NCBI GenBank assembly: GCA_036563485.1
Contig: DATCMI010000001.1
Coordinates: forward strand, 516,938 to 580,937
DNA from: Sphingomicrobium sp.
GTDB lineage: Bacteria; Pseudomonadota; Alphaproteobacteria; Sphingomonadales; Sphingomonadaceae
Direction: 5' to 3'
DNA length: 64,000 bases
In this document: positions 34,722-44,420 of the stretch, in pieces
How positions within the stretch are numbered: the stretch's first letter is position 1
Layout of the letters: each line of letters begins with the position of its first letter
Position numbers and translations under genes: made by a program
The notes under the pieces: model-generated
Seen by the model: only the letters and a program-made list of their open reading frames with translations
Told to the model about the DNA's origin: nothing
The model's database searches: none

Positions 34722-35030
34722 TCAGCCGTCCCGGTCGCGTTCGCTCAAGAAACGCATCAGCTCGGCAAGGGTCGATTCCATCTGGTCCTGCATCTGGCTG
34801 ACCAGTTCGTTCTCGCGCATGCCGACATGGTCGAGCGGCTTTGAATAGCTGTCCGAAAAGGCGTGAAGGTCGTCGCGGTCGAACACGCCGCGGGCGACCA
34901 GCTTGGCGAGGATCACCAACAAGCCATTCGTATTCGCGATGGTGCCGGCGACCAGCGCCTCGTCGACCATGGACAGCCTCTTGTCGCTGTCCTCGACCTC
35001 TTCTTCAGGAGTAATCATCGGTTCGATCAT
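34722..35030 (-). CDS. Hypothetical acidic protein
   Basis: 102-aa ORF with a GAGGGA SD. No recognisable motif. Confidence 0.5.
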   Translation of the reverse strand: MIEPMITPEEEVEDSDKRLSMVDEALVAGTIANTNGLLVILAKLVARGVFDRDDLHAFSDSYSKPLDHVGMRENELVSQMQDQMESTLAELMRFLSERDRDG

Positions 35031-35063
35031 GCATCCCTCTACGCGCCGCGCAAGCTTAAGCTC

Positions 35064-35561
35064 CTATGGCGCGACATATTCGCTGAGCACCGCCCACGCC
35101 GAGGATTTCTCGGCCAGCGGCCGGGTGTTCGCGGCGCTCGAAGACGGGAGGTCGATGAGCCGCAATCCGCTCGGCGGGACGCCGATCAGGCGCCGCCCCG
35201 CAGTGGCCGCCGTCGTCCCGTTGAAGGCGATTGCGCGCAGGTCCGGATAATCGCGGAGCAGATGGTCCACCCGGTTGTGCTCGGCTTCGCGGATCGCCTG
35301 GTCGAGGCTGCCCGGCCGCTTGGCGGCGGCGATCACGTCCCACAGGCCGATCCGGCGCCGGGCGAGCACCGCCAGCCGCTCGTCATAGCGAAGGCCGTGA
35401 AGTTCCTCCCCGATCGCATTGCCGAGGAGCCGCCAGAACTGGTTGGTCAGATGCGCGTAGTAGCGCTGGGCGTTGAGGGAGGCATCGCCCGGCAAGCTGC
35501 CGAGGATGAACAGGCGCGCGTCGCTCCGAGCGATCGGCGGCAACCCCACTTTGACGCTCAA
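35064..35561 (-). CDS. DNA-deoxyinosine glycosylase (uracil-DNA glycosylase superfamily)
   Basis: ARLFILGSLPGDASLNAQRYYAHLTNQFWRLLG and FNGTTAA ... PSSSAAN. TTG start at 35561 or GTG at 35549. Confidence 0.8.
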   Translation of the reverse strand: MSVKVGLPPIARSDARLFILGSLPGDASLNAQRYYAHLTNQFWRLLGNAIGEELHGLRYDERLAVLARRRIGLWDVIAAAKRPGSLDQAIREAEHNRVDHLLRDYPDLRAIAFNGTTAATAGRRLIGVPPSGLRLIDLPSSSAANTRPLAEKSSAWAVLSEYVAP

Positions 35562-35584
35562 CCAGAACCTCCTAATAGGTCGCC

Positions 35585-36754
35585 GTGCAGCCGAGCGACC
35601 TCCGCGTGGCCCTCTTTTCGGGCAATTACAATTATGTGCGCGACGGCGCCAACCAGGCGCTCAACCGCCTTGTCGGCTACCTGCTCCGCCAGGGCGTGCA
35701 CGTCCGGGTTTATTCTCCGACGGTCGACGAGCCCGCATTCCCCGCGACGGGCGATCTCGTCAGCGTGCCGTCGGTCCCGATCCCCGGCCGCGGCGAGTAC
35801 CGTCTTCCGCTCGCGATCCCGTCGCGACTGAAACGCGACCTTGCTGCGTTCAACCCGAACGTGGTTCATGTCGCCAGCCCGGATATCGTGTCGCACCGCG
35901 CAATCAGCTGGGCGCGCAACCACAAGGTTGCCGCGGTCGCCTCCGTCCACACGCGCTTCGAAACCTATCTGTCCTACTACCGACTGCAATGGCTGGAGCC
36001 CGAGGTTCGCGCGATCCTGCGCCGCTTCTACTCACGCTGCGAAGTGGTGCTGGCGCCGGCGGAATCGACCGCTGCCATCCTCCGCGACCAGCGGATGAAC
36101 CGCGACATCGAAATCTGGGCGCGCGGCATCGACCGCGAGCAGTTCAATCCCGGCCGCCGGGACATAGAGTGGCGGCGCTCGCTCGGTCTTGCCGACGGCG
36201 AGCTGGCAGTCGCCTTCCTCGGTCGGCTGGTGATGGAAAAAGGCCTCGACGTGTTCGCGGAGGCGATCCACTCGCTCGCCGCGCGCGGGATCAACCACAA
36301 GGTCGTGGTCATCGGCGAAGGGCCTGCCCGCTCCTGGTTCGAGGAGCAGCTGCCGGCCGCAATATTCACCGGTGAGCTGACCGGAGCGGAGCTTGCGCAT
36401 GCGCTGGCAAGCACCGACGTGCTGCTCAACCCGTCGGTGACGGAGACCTTCGGCAACGTCACGCTCGAAGCCATGGCCTGCGGGCTGCCGGTCGTCGCCG
36501 CCGAGGCGAGCGGAACCACGAACATTGTCCGCGACGGCGTCACCGGCACGCTCGTTGATGAATATGAGCCCGACGCCTTTGCGGATGCCCTGGCTGCTTA
36601 TGCCAAGGATCCCGACCTTCGCCGCCGGCATGGCGAAGCAGGCCTCGCCTTTGCCGAAACCATGGATTGGGACAGGATCAATTCGGCGGTGATCCGCGCC
36701 TACAAGCACGCGATCGTCAAGCGCGAACGCCTTGCGCGGATCACCGGCCGCTAA
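35585..36754 (+). CDS. Glycosyltransferase family 4 (GT-B, group 1)
   Basis: LRVALFSGNYNYVRDGANQALNRLV at the N-terminus and LNPSVTETFGNVTLEAMACGLPVVAAEASG (E-x7-E region). Confidence 0.88.
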   Translation: MQPSDLRVALFSGNYNYVRDGANQALNRLVGYLLRQGVHVRVYSPTVDEPAFPATGDLVSVPSVPIPGRGEYRLPLAIPSRLKRDLAAFNPNVVHVASPDIVSHRAISWARNHKVAAVASVHTRFETYLSYYRLQWLEPEVRAILRRFYSRCEVVLAPAESTAAILRDQRMNRDIEIWARGIDREQFNPGRRDIEWRRSLGLADGELAVAFLGRLVMEKGLDVFAEAIHSLAARGINHKVVVIGEGPARSWFEEQLPAAIFTGELTGAELAHALASTDVLLNPSVTETFGNVTLEAMACGLPVVAAEASGTTNIVRDGVTGTLVDEYEPDAFADALAAYAKDPDLRRRHGEAGLAFAETMDWDRINSAVIRAYKHAIVKRERLARITGR

Positions 36755-36759
36755 GCGAC

Positions 36760-37389
36760 TTACTTGACGCGCTCGATCCGCTGCGCGGCCTCGTCGAGGA
36801 TCGCGGCAATCTCGTGCAGCAGATCGTCGTCGAGCCCGTCGCGACCGACGCGATGGCTGAGCGCGGTCATCAGGTTCTTCACGGCCCGTCCGATTGCCGG
36901 GCCCGCGGTCGGCCGCTCTCCGGGATCGAGCTCTTCGAGGCGGCCAATCAACTCCTCGACGTCAGCCTGATTTTCCTCGAGGTGCGCGCGGCCGGCATCG
37001 GTTACCTGGAAGGGCCTCCGGGCGCCTTCCCCTTCCGCTTCCTCGATCAGCCCCATGTCCTGGAGCAGCGTCAGCGTCGGGTAAACGACGCCGGGGCTGG
37101 GCCCATATTCGCCGCCGGTCAGCTCCTCGACGGCGCGGATCAGGTCGTATCCGTGGCGCGGCTGGTCGGCGATCAGCTTGAGGAGCACGAGCCGCAGCTC
37201 GCCGCTTTCGAACATCCGGCGGCGGCCCCGCCGGCCACGTCCGCCGCCGCCCGGCCCGTCGCCGATGTCGAAGTGGAACGGACCCCAATTTCCCTGCCAC
37301 CCGCGGCCGCCGCGCATGGCCATCAGCCCTTCCGGAAAGCTGAAGTGGATGCGCCCGCGCGGCCCGCAGCTATGATCTCTTTGTCGCAT
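36760..37389 (-). CDS. PadR family transcriptional regulator with a Gly/Arg-rich N-terminal extension
   Basis: LRLVLLKLIADQPRHGYDLIRAVEELTGGEYGPSPGVVYPTLTLLQDMGLI (winged HTH). AAGGAG SD before the ATG at 37389. Confidence 0.88.
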   Translation of the reverse strand: MRQRDHSCGPRGRIHFSFPEGLMAMRGGRGWQGNWGPFHFDIGDGPGGGGRGRRGRRRMFESGELRLVLLKLIADQPRHGYDLIRAVEELTGGEYGPSPGVVYPTLTLLQDMGLIEEAEGEGARRPFQVTDAGRAHLEENQADVEELIGRLEELDPGERPTAGPAIGRAVKNLMTALSHRVGRDGLDDDLLHEIAAILDEAAQRIERVK

Positions 37390-37409
37390 AAAGACTCCTT
37401 CGTGATGCG

Positions 37410-37427
37410 TCTTAGATATATCTTAGA
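37410..37427. promoter_or_regulatory. TCTTAGA-TATA-TCTTAGA repeat containing the perfect palindrome AGATATATCT; candidate PadR operator
   Basis: Read directly in the divergent padR/rarA intergenic region, about 20 nt upstream of the padR start. Confidence 0.4.
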
Positions 37428-37488
37428 GCAGTCGCCAGCAAGCCTCCCCGTGCATTTTCCTGATCCGCGATTAAGGATCGCCCCCGCG

Positions 37489-38829
37489 ATGGCCGACCTG
37501 TTTGCCGATCAGCCGATGTCCGATCCTGCCGATGAGGCACGTGCCGAGGCAGCGCCGCTCGCCGACCGGCTACGGCCGACATCTCTCGCCGAGGTGGTGG
37601 GACAGGAGCACTTGACCGGCCCCGAGGGTGCGATCGGCCGCATGGTGGCCGCCGGGCGCCTCGCGTCCATGATCCTGTGGGGCCCGCCGGGGACCGGCAA
37701 GACCAGCATCGCCCGCCTTCTCGCCGATGCCGTCGGCCTGCGCTTCGTCGCCGTGTCAGCGGTTTTCTCCGGAGTCGCCGACCTCAAGAAGATTTTCGCC
37801 GAGGCGAAGACCGCTGCGCGCGCCGGCCAGAAGACCTTGCTCTTCGTGGACGAGATCCACCGCTTCAACCGCGCCCAGCAGGACGGCTTCCTCCCTTATG
37901 TCGAGGACGGCACCGTCACGCTCGTCGGCGCCACCACCGAGAACCCGAGCTTCGAGATCAACGCCGCGCTGCTGTCACGCTGCCAGGTGCTGATTCTCCG
38001 CCGCCTCGACCACGCGGCGCTCGACGAGTTGGTCCGCCGAGCCGAAGCGCTCATCGAGCGGGACCTTCCCGTCACTCCGGAAGCGCGAGAAGCGCTGATC
38101 GCCAGCGCGGACGGCGACGGCCGCTTTCTGCTCAACCAGGTCGAGACATTGTTCTCGATCGCCATCGAACAGCCGCTCGGGCCTGCCGAGCTCAGCGAGC
38201 TCCTGAACCGCCGCGTCCCGGTCTACGACAAGGACCGGGAGGGTCACTACAACCTCATCTCGGCGCTTCACAAAAGCATCCGCGGCTCGGACCCGCAGGC
38301 AGCGCTCTATTATCTCGCGCGGATGATCGTCGCCGGGGAGGAGCCGCTGTACCTGCTGCGGCGGCTCACGCGTGCCGCCGTCGAGGACATCGGCATGGCC
38401 GACCCAAATGCGCTGCTGCAGTGCCTCGCGGCCAAGGAGATGTACGACTTCCTTGGCTCGCCGGAAGGCGAGATCGGCATCGCGCAGGCCTGCCTGTATC
38501 TCGCGACCGCTCCCAAATCGAATGCCGTCTATGCCGCGCAGAAGGCGGCGTGGCGCTCGGCGCAAGAGACCGGCTCGCTGATGCCGCCGATGCACATCCT
38601 CAACGCGCCGACCAAGCTGATGAAGAATGTCGGCTATGGCAAAGGCTATGCCTACGACCATGCGTCGGAAGAGGGCTTTTCAGGCCAGGACTATTGGCCG
38701 CAGGAGATGGAGGCGCAGACCTTCTACGAACCGACCGACCGCGGCTTCGAAGCGCGCGTGCGCGAGCGGCTCGCTTATTGGGAGCAGCGCCGAAAGGACC
38801 TGCAACAAAGTGCGCAGCAAAACGGTTAA
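37489..38829 (+). CDS. rarA: Replication-associated recombination protein A (AAA+ ATPase)
   Basis: LADRLRPTSLAEVVGQEHL, ILWGPPGTGKTS, LLFVDEIHRFNRAQQD and GATTENPSFE. ATG at 37489; the upstream part of the track ORF is antisense to padR. Confidence 0.95.
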   Translation: MADLFADQPMSDPADEARAEAAPLADRLRPTSLAEVVGQEHLTGPEGAIGRMVAAGRLASMILWGPPGTGKTSIARLLADAVGLRFVAVSAVFSGVADLKKIFAEAKTAARAGQKTLLFVDEIHRFNRAQQDGFLPYVEDGTVTLVGATTENPSFEINAALLSRCQVLILRRLDHAALDELVRRAEALIERDLPVTPEAREALIASADGDGRFLLNQVETLFSIAIEQPLGPAELSELLNRRVPVYDKDREGHYNLISALHKSIRGSDPQAALYYLARMIVAGEEPLYLLRRLTRAAVEDIGMADPNALLQCLAAKEMYDFLGSPEGEIGIAQACLYLATAPKSNAVYAAQKAAWRSAQETGSLMPPMHILNAPTKLMKNVGYGKGYAYDHASEEGFSGQDYWPQEMEAQTFYEPTDRGFEARVRERLAYWEQRRKDLQQSAQQNG

Positions 38830-38862
38830 CCGCCAAGAGCCAAACAGGGAGCAACCGGCAGA

Positions 38863-40170
38863 ATGTACCAGGTGAACCAAGACGCCTATTGGCAGGCGCA
38901 GGCGATGCATTGGGGTCCGAAGATCCTGATCGCCATCCTCATCCTCGTTGCGACATGGCTGGTCGCCCGCGCCGTCAAATGGGCGCTTCAGAAGGCGATC
39001 TCGCGCACCCCGGCGCTCCAGAAGAACACGCCGGGCAACCAGCATGAGACGATCGGGCACCAGCTCGGCACCATCGCCAAGCTGATCATCTGGCTTGTCG
39101 GCATCATGGCCGCGCTCCAGTTCCTCGGCATTGGCCAGATCCTCGCGCCGATCAACGAACTGGTCACCGACATCTTTGCCTTCCTGCCGCGCCTGATCGG
39201 CGCCGGGCTGATCTTCTTCATCGGCCTCATCGTCGCACGCATCGTTCGGCAGCTCGTCGAAACCTTGATCTCCGCGGCCAATGTCGAAGGTTTGCTTGCG
39301 CGCACCGGTGTCGTTTCGAACGCTGCCGCCACGTCGACCGAAGCCGCGGCCACCGGTCGCACGGTGCCGACCTCCTATCGCGCCAGCATTGCCCGCGCGG
39401 CAGGCATCGTCGTCTTCGCCCTGATCATCATCCCGGTCGCCATCGCGGCCCTGCAGGTGCTCGGCATCGAGGCGATTTCGGGTCCCGCCATCGCCATGCT
39501 CAACCAGATCCTGGCGGCCATCCCGCGGATCATTAGCGCGGCGCTTTGGATCGGCATCGCCTTCATCGCGGCGCGCTTCGTCAAGACGATCATCGAGGCG
39601 GTGCTTCCGCCGACCGGCTTCGACGATGCGATCCGCTCAACGGGAGTCGTCCCGGCGACGACCAGCCCGTCGCGAGTGGTCGGCACGGTCGCCATGATTG
39701 CGATCATCCTCGCCGCATCGATCGAAGCTGCCAAGCAGCTCGGCGGCGGCACGATCGCCATCTTCCTCGCCCAGGTGACGGAGCTTGGCGGCAAGGTGAT
39801 CTTCGGCACATTGATCATCGTTGCCGGTATCTTCCTGGCGCGGATGGTCTCGCGCCTGGTCGCCAGCGGTACCGGCGAGGGCAGCTTCGCATCGACGATC
39901 CTGCGCTACGCGATCATCGCCTTGTTCACCGCCATCGGTCTGACCTTCATGGGCCTTGCCGACACCATCGTGCAGATGGCGTTCGGGCTGATCCTCGGTG
40001 CCGCCGCGGTTGCGACCGCCCTCGCCTTCGGGCTTGGCGGACGCGACGCCGCTGCGAAGGTCCTCAACCGGTACGCCGACGCCGTGCCGCCTCCCAGCGC
40101 GGTCACGCCGCAACCCCGGCGGACACGTTCGCCGGCCGAGCCTGACGACGGGCAGCCGCCGCTGGTGTGA
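38863..40170 (+). CDS. Membrane protein with repeated conserved TM-helix modules (mechanosensitive-channel-associated TM helix repeat type)
   Basis: At least four repeats of a hydrophobic helix pair (for example LIIWLVGIMAALQFLGI... and IFFIGLIVARIV), with a Pro-rich C-terminal tail. Confidence 0.6.
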   Translation: MYQVNQDAYWQAQAMHWGPKILIAILILVATWLVARAVKWALQKAISRTPALQKNTPGNQHETIGHQLGTIAKLIIWLVGIMAALQFLGIGQILAPINELVTDIFAFLPRLIGAGLIFFIGLIVARIVRQLVETLISAANVEGLLARTGVVSNAAATSTEAAATGRTVPTSYRASIARAAGIVVFALIIIPVAIAALQVLGIEAISGPAIAMLNQILAAIPRIISAALWIGIAFIAARFVKTIIEAVLPPTGFDDAIRSTGVVPATTSPSRVVGTVAMIAIILAASIEAAKQLGGGTIAIFLAQVTELGGKVIFGTLIIVAGIFLARMVSRLVASGTGEGSFASTILRYAIIALFTAIGLTFMGLADTIVQMAFGLILGAAAVATALAFGLGGRDAAAKVLNRYADAVPPPSAVTPQPRRTRSPAEPDDGQPPLV

Positions 40171-41021
40171 CCGAGCGCTTCGCTGCCTACGTCGCGATCG
40201 ATTGGTCGGGCGCTAAAGGCAGCCGGCACAAGGGTATCGCAATCGCCGAGGCGCGGGGTCAGTCAGCCCCGCGCCTCGTGCGTTCCGGCCACGTCTGGTC
40301 GCGCGAGGAAGTGCTCGACTGGCTGATCGCCCGCGCCGCGAAGGAGCCGACCTTGTTCGGCTTCGACTTCAGCTTCGCGCCGCCCCTGATCGAGAAAGGC
40401 GAATATCTGGTCGGCGAGCCTGGCGTGCCGGGCACCGCGCGCCAATTCTGGGCCTATGTCGACAGCAAGTGCAACGACCCGGACTTCGGCGCCGCCAGCT
40501 TCCTGGAGCAGGTCCACCGCCGCCATTTCTACTTCGGCATCGCCGACGGCGTGAAATCCGACTTCGTTCGCTTCCGCCAGTGCGACGCGCGCCTCAACGC
40601 CCAGGGCGGCCGCAAGACCGCCAGCGCCTATGACGCGATCGGCGCAGCGCAGGTCGCCAAGGCGAGCTTCGCCGGCATGCGCTTCCTTCACGCGCTCGAC
40701 GGCAAAGTCGCGATCTGGCCGATGGACCCGCTGCCGGACCACGGCAGCGCGGTCGTCGAAATCTACACGCGCATCTACCTGCGCCGAGCGGGGCTCAGCG
40801 GCCTGAAGCTACGTTCGCGCGCCGACCTCAACCTCGCGCTCCGGGGGCTCGGCAGTCCGCCTGCACGCCTTCGCTTCGAACCGAACGACCATCAGACGGA
40901 CGCGCTCGTGACGGCGGCGGGCATGCGCCAGCTGGTGACGAGCGAACCGCGCGCCTTCGACCCGCAAGGCCTGACCAGCGAAATCGCGCGCACCGAAGGC
41001 TGGACGTTCGGCGTCCTTTGA
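40167..41021 (+). CDS. Hypothetical protein (possible DUF429/RNase-H-like fold, low confidence)
   Basis: GTG start overlaps the upstream stop (GTGA). N-terminal YVAIDWSGAKGS motif. No other recognisable signature. Confidence 0.5.
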   Translation: MTERFAAYVAIDWSGAKGSRHKGIAIAEARGQSAPRLVRSGHVWSREEVLDWLIARAAKEPTLFGFDFSFAPPLIEKGEYLVGEPGVPGTARQFWAYVDSKCNDPDFGAASFLEQVHRRHFYFGIADGVKSDFVRFRQCDARLNAQGGRKTASAYDAIGAAQVAKASFAGMRFLHALDGKVAIWPMDPLPDHGSAVVEIYTRIYLRRAGLSGLKLRSRADLNLALRGLGSPPARLRFEPNDHQTDALVTAAGMRQLVTSEPRAFDPQGLTSEIARTEGWTFGVL

Positions 41022-41037
41022 CCCATTTGGGCCGCGG

Positions 41038-41112
41038 GCCGGCTTAGCACAGTGGTAGTGCAGCGGTTTTGTAAACCGAAGGTCGGGGGTTCAAATCCCT
41101 CAGCCGGCACCA
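41038..41112 (+). tRNA. tRNA-Thr (anticodon UGU)
   Basis: GCCGGCTTAGCACAGTGGTAGTGCAGCGGTTTTGTAAACCGAAGGTCGGGGGTTCAAATCCCTCAGCCGGCACCA folds as a cloverleaf with anticodon loop TTTGTAA and an encoded CCA. Confidence 0.93.
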
Positions 41113-41123
41113 TCTTCGCGAAG

Positions 41124-42497
41124 TCAGGCCGCGATGGTCCTCAACGGCGCGCTAACGGTGCAGCTTAGCCCCTTGGCGTCGAACTGCATCTCGACATCGC
41201 CGCCCATGTCGGAGGCAACCACCCGCTTGATCATCCGCGTGCCGAAGCCCTGACCGGCGGGAGCGGCGACGGGCGGGCCGTCATTCTCCTTCCACGTCAG
41301 GCGCAGCATCGGCTCTGGACCGCTGTCGATGACCCACGACAGGTCGACGTGCCCGCCGTCGTTCGACAGGGCTCCATATTTGGACGCGTTGGTCGCGAGC
41401 TCGTGGAGCGCCATCGACAGGCTTACCGCCGCCTGCGGACGCATGCGGATCGAATCTCCGCTGATGCTGACCCGCTTGGGCAGGTCCGCGGCAAGCGGGG
41501 TCAGCGCGCCGACAGCGATGTCCTGAAGATCGGCGCCTTCCCAGCTCTCCCTGGTCAGGATCTCGTGCGCCGAAGAAAGCGCCTTGAGCCGGCCTGAGAA
41601 TGCTTCCGACACATGCTCCGGCACCGCTTCCCCGCGCATCGTCTGGAAAGCCAACGCCTGGACCACCGCAAGCATGTTCTTCACGCGGTGGTTGAGCTCG
41701 GCGACCATGATCTGCTGCTGCCGCTCGGCGGTCTTGCGTGCGTTGATGTCCTGGATGGTGCCGACGTAGCGGATCGCCTTTTCGGCACCCGGCGGACCGG
41801 CGAACACGGCTTCGCCATAGGCGAGCACCCAACGCTCCTCGCCGTTCGGCCAGACCACCCGATATTCATAGCTGCTGCGGTCCCGGATCGCCGGGTCCAG
41901 CGCCCGCTCCAGCAACGGCAGCGTGTACTTGATGTCTTCCTGGTGAGTCGCGGCGCGGACCTTGTCCAGGGTCACCGGCTCGCCGGGGGGCAGGCCATAA
42001 ATTTGCTTCGCCCGTTCCGAATAGACCATCTCGTTGGTGACCAGGTCCCAGTCCCAGACTCCCTGGTCGGCCGCGGAAATGGCGATCTCCAAGCGCTGCT
42101 GGATCGACTGCTCGCGCGCCCGGGCGGCGCGCTCGTCGCTGATGTCGCTGACGAAGACGATCAGCTTGCCCGGGTAACCGCTGACGACCGCGCTGCTGAT
42201 GCGCACCGGCACCCGGCTCCCGTCCGGGCGCAGATATTCCTTTTCGAACGGGTCGGAATGCCCGCGCTCGAGCACCTGCTGCATGCCGCGCTGGTCGAGT
42301 TCGTGATACTCGGGCGGCGTCATTTCCAGCCACACGTGCGGGATGTCGACGATCTCGTCACGGCTGCGGCCGAGGATCTCGAGAAGCACTTCGTTGATGT
42401 CGATCAGGCACGCGGTTTCGAGGTCCGCCACCGCAATCCCGCCAAGCTGCGAGTGAAAAAGCGCCCTGAAGAACGCATCGTCGAGCTGGTCGGCCAC
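41124..42497 (-). CDS. PAS-PAS sensor histidine kinase of the HWE/HisKA_2 type
   Basis: Two PAS-like segments, the H-box ELNHRVKNMLAVVQALAFQT, and a C-terminal GQGFGTRMIKRVV ATPase region. No transmembrane segment. Confidence 0.88.
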   Translation of the reverse strand: MADQLDDAFFRALFHSQLGGIAVADLETACLIDINEVLLEILGRSRDEIVDIPHVWLEMTPPEYHELDQRGMQQVLERGHSDPFEKEYLRPDGSRVPVRISSAVVSGYPGKLIVFVSDISDERAARAREQSIQQRLEIAISAADQGVWDWDLVTNEMVYSERAKQIYGLPPGEPVTLDKVRAATHQEDIKYTLPLLERALDPAIRDRSSYEYRVVWPNGEERWVLAYGEAVFAGPPGAEKAIRYVGTIQDINARKTAERQQQIMVAELNHRVKNMLAVVQALAFQTMRGEAVPEHVSEAFSGRLKALSSAHEILTRESWEGADLQDIAVGALTPLAADLPKRVSISGDSIRMRPQAAVSLSMALHELATNASKYGALSNDGGHVDLSWVIDSGPEPMLRLTWKENDGPPVAAPAGQGFGTRMIKRVVASDMGGDVEMQFDAKGLSCTVSAPLRTIAA

Positions 42498-42544
42498 GAC
42501 TTCAGCCTAGCAGGCGCAAGGCGGATGAAAAGCGTCCCTTTCGG

Positions 42545-43336
42545 TCAGATCTCGACCTCGATCCAGGTCGGCGCATGGTCGCTGGTCTTCTCCCAGCCGC
42601 GAGGCGTCCGGTCGACGCCCGCAGCCTTCAAGCTCTTGGCGAGCTTGGGACTGAGCAGCAGGTGATCAATACGAATGCCGGCGTCTCGCTGGAACGCGTT
42701 CCGCCAATAATGCCAGAATGTGTAGATCCGCTCGTCTGGGTGAAGGTGGCGGATGGCGTCGGTCCAGCCCTGCCCGACGAGCGCCTTGTACCGCTGCTTC
42801 GCCTCCGGCGCATACAAGGCGTCCTTCGCCCAGCGCTCCGGCTTGTAGACGTCCTCGTCGGTCGGGATGACGTTATAATCGCCCATCAGCAGCGCCGGCG
42901 CGCCGCTGTCGAGCAGCGCCTGCGCGTGGCCGTACAGCGCGTCCATCCACGCGAGCTTGTAGTCGAACTTCGGCCCGGGATGGGGATTACCGTTCGGCGC
43001 GTACATATTGCCGATCAGGATGCCGCAGACCGCCGCCTCGATGTAGCGGCTCTGCTCCAGGTTCGGGTCGTTCGGCAGCGCGCGGCGGGTCTCGACCGGC
43101 GCGCCGACCCGGCTCAGCAGCGCGACGCCGTTCCAGCTCTTCTGGCCGTGCCAGATCGCCTGGTAGCCGAGTTCCTCGAGCTCCTTGGCTGGGAACTTCT
43201 CGTCGGTGCACTTGAGCTCCTGCAAGCCGGCGACGTCCGGCTGGAACTCTTCCAGCCATCGCCTCAGCACCTCCAGGCGCGAGTTGATGCCGTTGATGTT
43301 GTAGGTCGCGATGCGAAGCCGCCGTTTGCCTGCCAT
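42545..43336 (-). CDS. xthA: Exodeoxyribonuclease III
   Basis: LRIATYNINGINSRL, AGLQELK, GDYNVIPTDEDVY, IRIDHLLLS and SDHAPTWIE. Confidence 0.95.
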   Translation of the reverse strand: MAGKRRLRIATYNINGINSRLEVLRRWLEEFQPDVAGLQELKCTDEKFPAKELEELGYQAIWHGQKSWNGVALLSRVGAPVETRRALPNDPNLEQSRYIEAAVCGILIGNMYAPNGNPHPGPKFDYKLAWMDALYGHAQALLDSGAPALLMGDYNVIPTDEDVYKPERWAKDALYAPEAKQRYKALVGQGWTDAIRHLHPDERIYTFWHYWRNAFQRDAGIRIDHLLLSPKLAKSLKAAGVDRTPRGWEKTSDHAPTWIEVEI

Positions 43337-43375
43337 GCGGCACGAACCCGCGAACTGCCGATCCGTTCTACGGCC

Positions 43376-44269
43376 TCAGCAACAGTCGGCATCCTCGAGG
43401 TGTCTGCTCTCGATCTGCAAGGTGCAATGCTCGATGTGGAAGCGGTCGTGAAGCATCTTGCGCGCGGCCAGCAGCAGCTCGTCGGTCGATGCGACCGAAG
43501 GCGCCACAAGGTGGGCGGTCAGCGCCGTCTCGGTCGTGCTCAACGGCCATACGTGAAGGTCGTGCACCGTCTCGACACCGGGAAGCTCGCCGAGCGCCGC
43601 CTCGACCCGCTCCAGTTCGATCCCGCTCGGCACCCCGGCCAGCGACATGCCTGTCGACTCCCTGAGCAGGCCAAAGCTGCCCCACAGGATGACGACCGCG
43701 ACCGCGATGCTCATCGCAGGGTCGATCCACTGCTGCCCCGTCCAAACGATGACCAGGCCGGACAGGACCACTGCGACCGAGACGAGCGCGTCGGCGGCCA
43801 TGTGCAGGAAGGCGCCGCGGACATTGATGTCGCCCTTGCGGCCGCGCGCGAACAGCAGCGCCGTCGCGCCATTAATCACGATGCCCACCGCCGCGACGAT
43901 GATGACCGTCGTTCCGTCGGTCGGCGCCGGGTTGAACAGCCGCCGCACCGCTTCGGCGAGGATCGCGCCGACCGCGACGAGCAGGAACAGCGAATTGAAC
44001 AAAGCCGCGAGGATCGGCGCCTTCTTGAGCCCGTAGGTGAAGCGCGCCGATGCGCCACGCCGCGCCATTGCCGCGCCCGCCCAGGCAATCACCAGGCCGA
44101 GCACGTCCGACAGATTGTGCCCGGCGTCTGACAGCAGCGCCATGGAATTAGCGGCGATTCCGAACACCGCCTCGACGATGACGAAGCCGAGGTTGAGGAG
44201 GATGCCGATGGCGAAGGCGCGCGTGTAGTCGGGTGAATGGTGGTGATGATGGGAATGGCCGGCGGACAT
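43376..44269 (-). CDS. CDF family heavy-metal efflux transporter (CzcD/ZitB-like) with a His-rich N-terminus
   Basis: MSAGHSHHHHHSPDYTRAFAIGILLNLGFVIVE, SDAGHNLSDVLGL and HMAADALVS. Internal ATG at 44269. Confidence 0.9.
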   Translation of the reverse strand: MSAGHSHHHHHSPDYTRAFAIGILLNLGFVIVEAVFGIAANSMALLSDAGHNLSDVLGLVIAWAGAAMARRGASARFTYGLKKAPILAALFNSLFLLVAVGAILAEAVRRLFNPAPTDGTTVIIVAAVGIVINGATALLFARGRKGDINVRGAFLHMAADALVSVAVVLSGLVIVWTGQQWIDPAMSIAVAVVILWGSFGLLRESTGMSLAGVPSGIELERVEAALGELPGVETVHDLHVWPLSTTETALTAHLVAPSVASTDELLLAARKMLHDRFHIEHCTLQIESRHLEDADCC

Positions 44270-44420
44270 GGCGGCGGCCCCTAGCCGACCGGCGTGCCAA
44301 GGCCAAACTACCGGCGCGGGCGCGTCCCGTCGAACGATACCCCGCGTTCGTAGACTGTTCAGCTTGCGACAATATATCATGCCGCTAAAGCGCCGGTCAC
44401 AGGCGAGGGTAGGAACAAGC

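Noticed and set aside
36667-37488. 5' extension of the rarA ORF (the track gives 720 aa)
   Set aside because: The extension runs antisense through the PadR gene and has no RarA-like sequence. The ATG at 37489 gives a normal-length RarA N-terminus.
41038-42497. tRNA-Thr as an integration hotspot with the HWE kinase as cargo
   Set aside because: No integrase or att-like repeat is visible, and HWE kinases are ordinary chromosomal genes in this group.
42575-44131. 518-aa ORF on the plus strand
   Set aside because: It is antisense to xthA and the CDF gene, both of which have strong family motifs on the minus strand.
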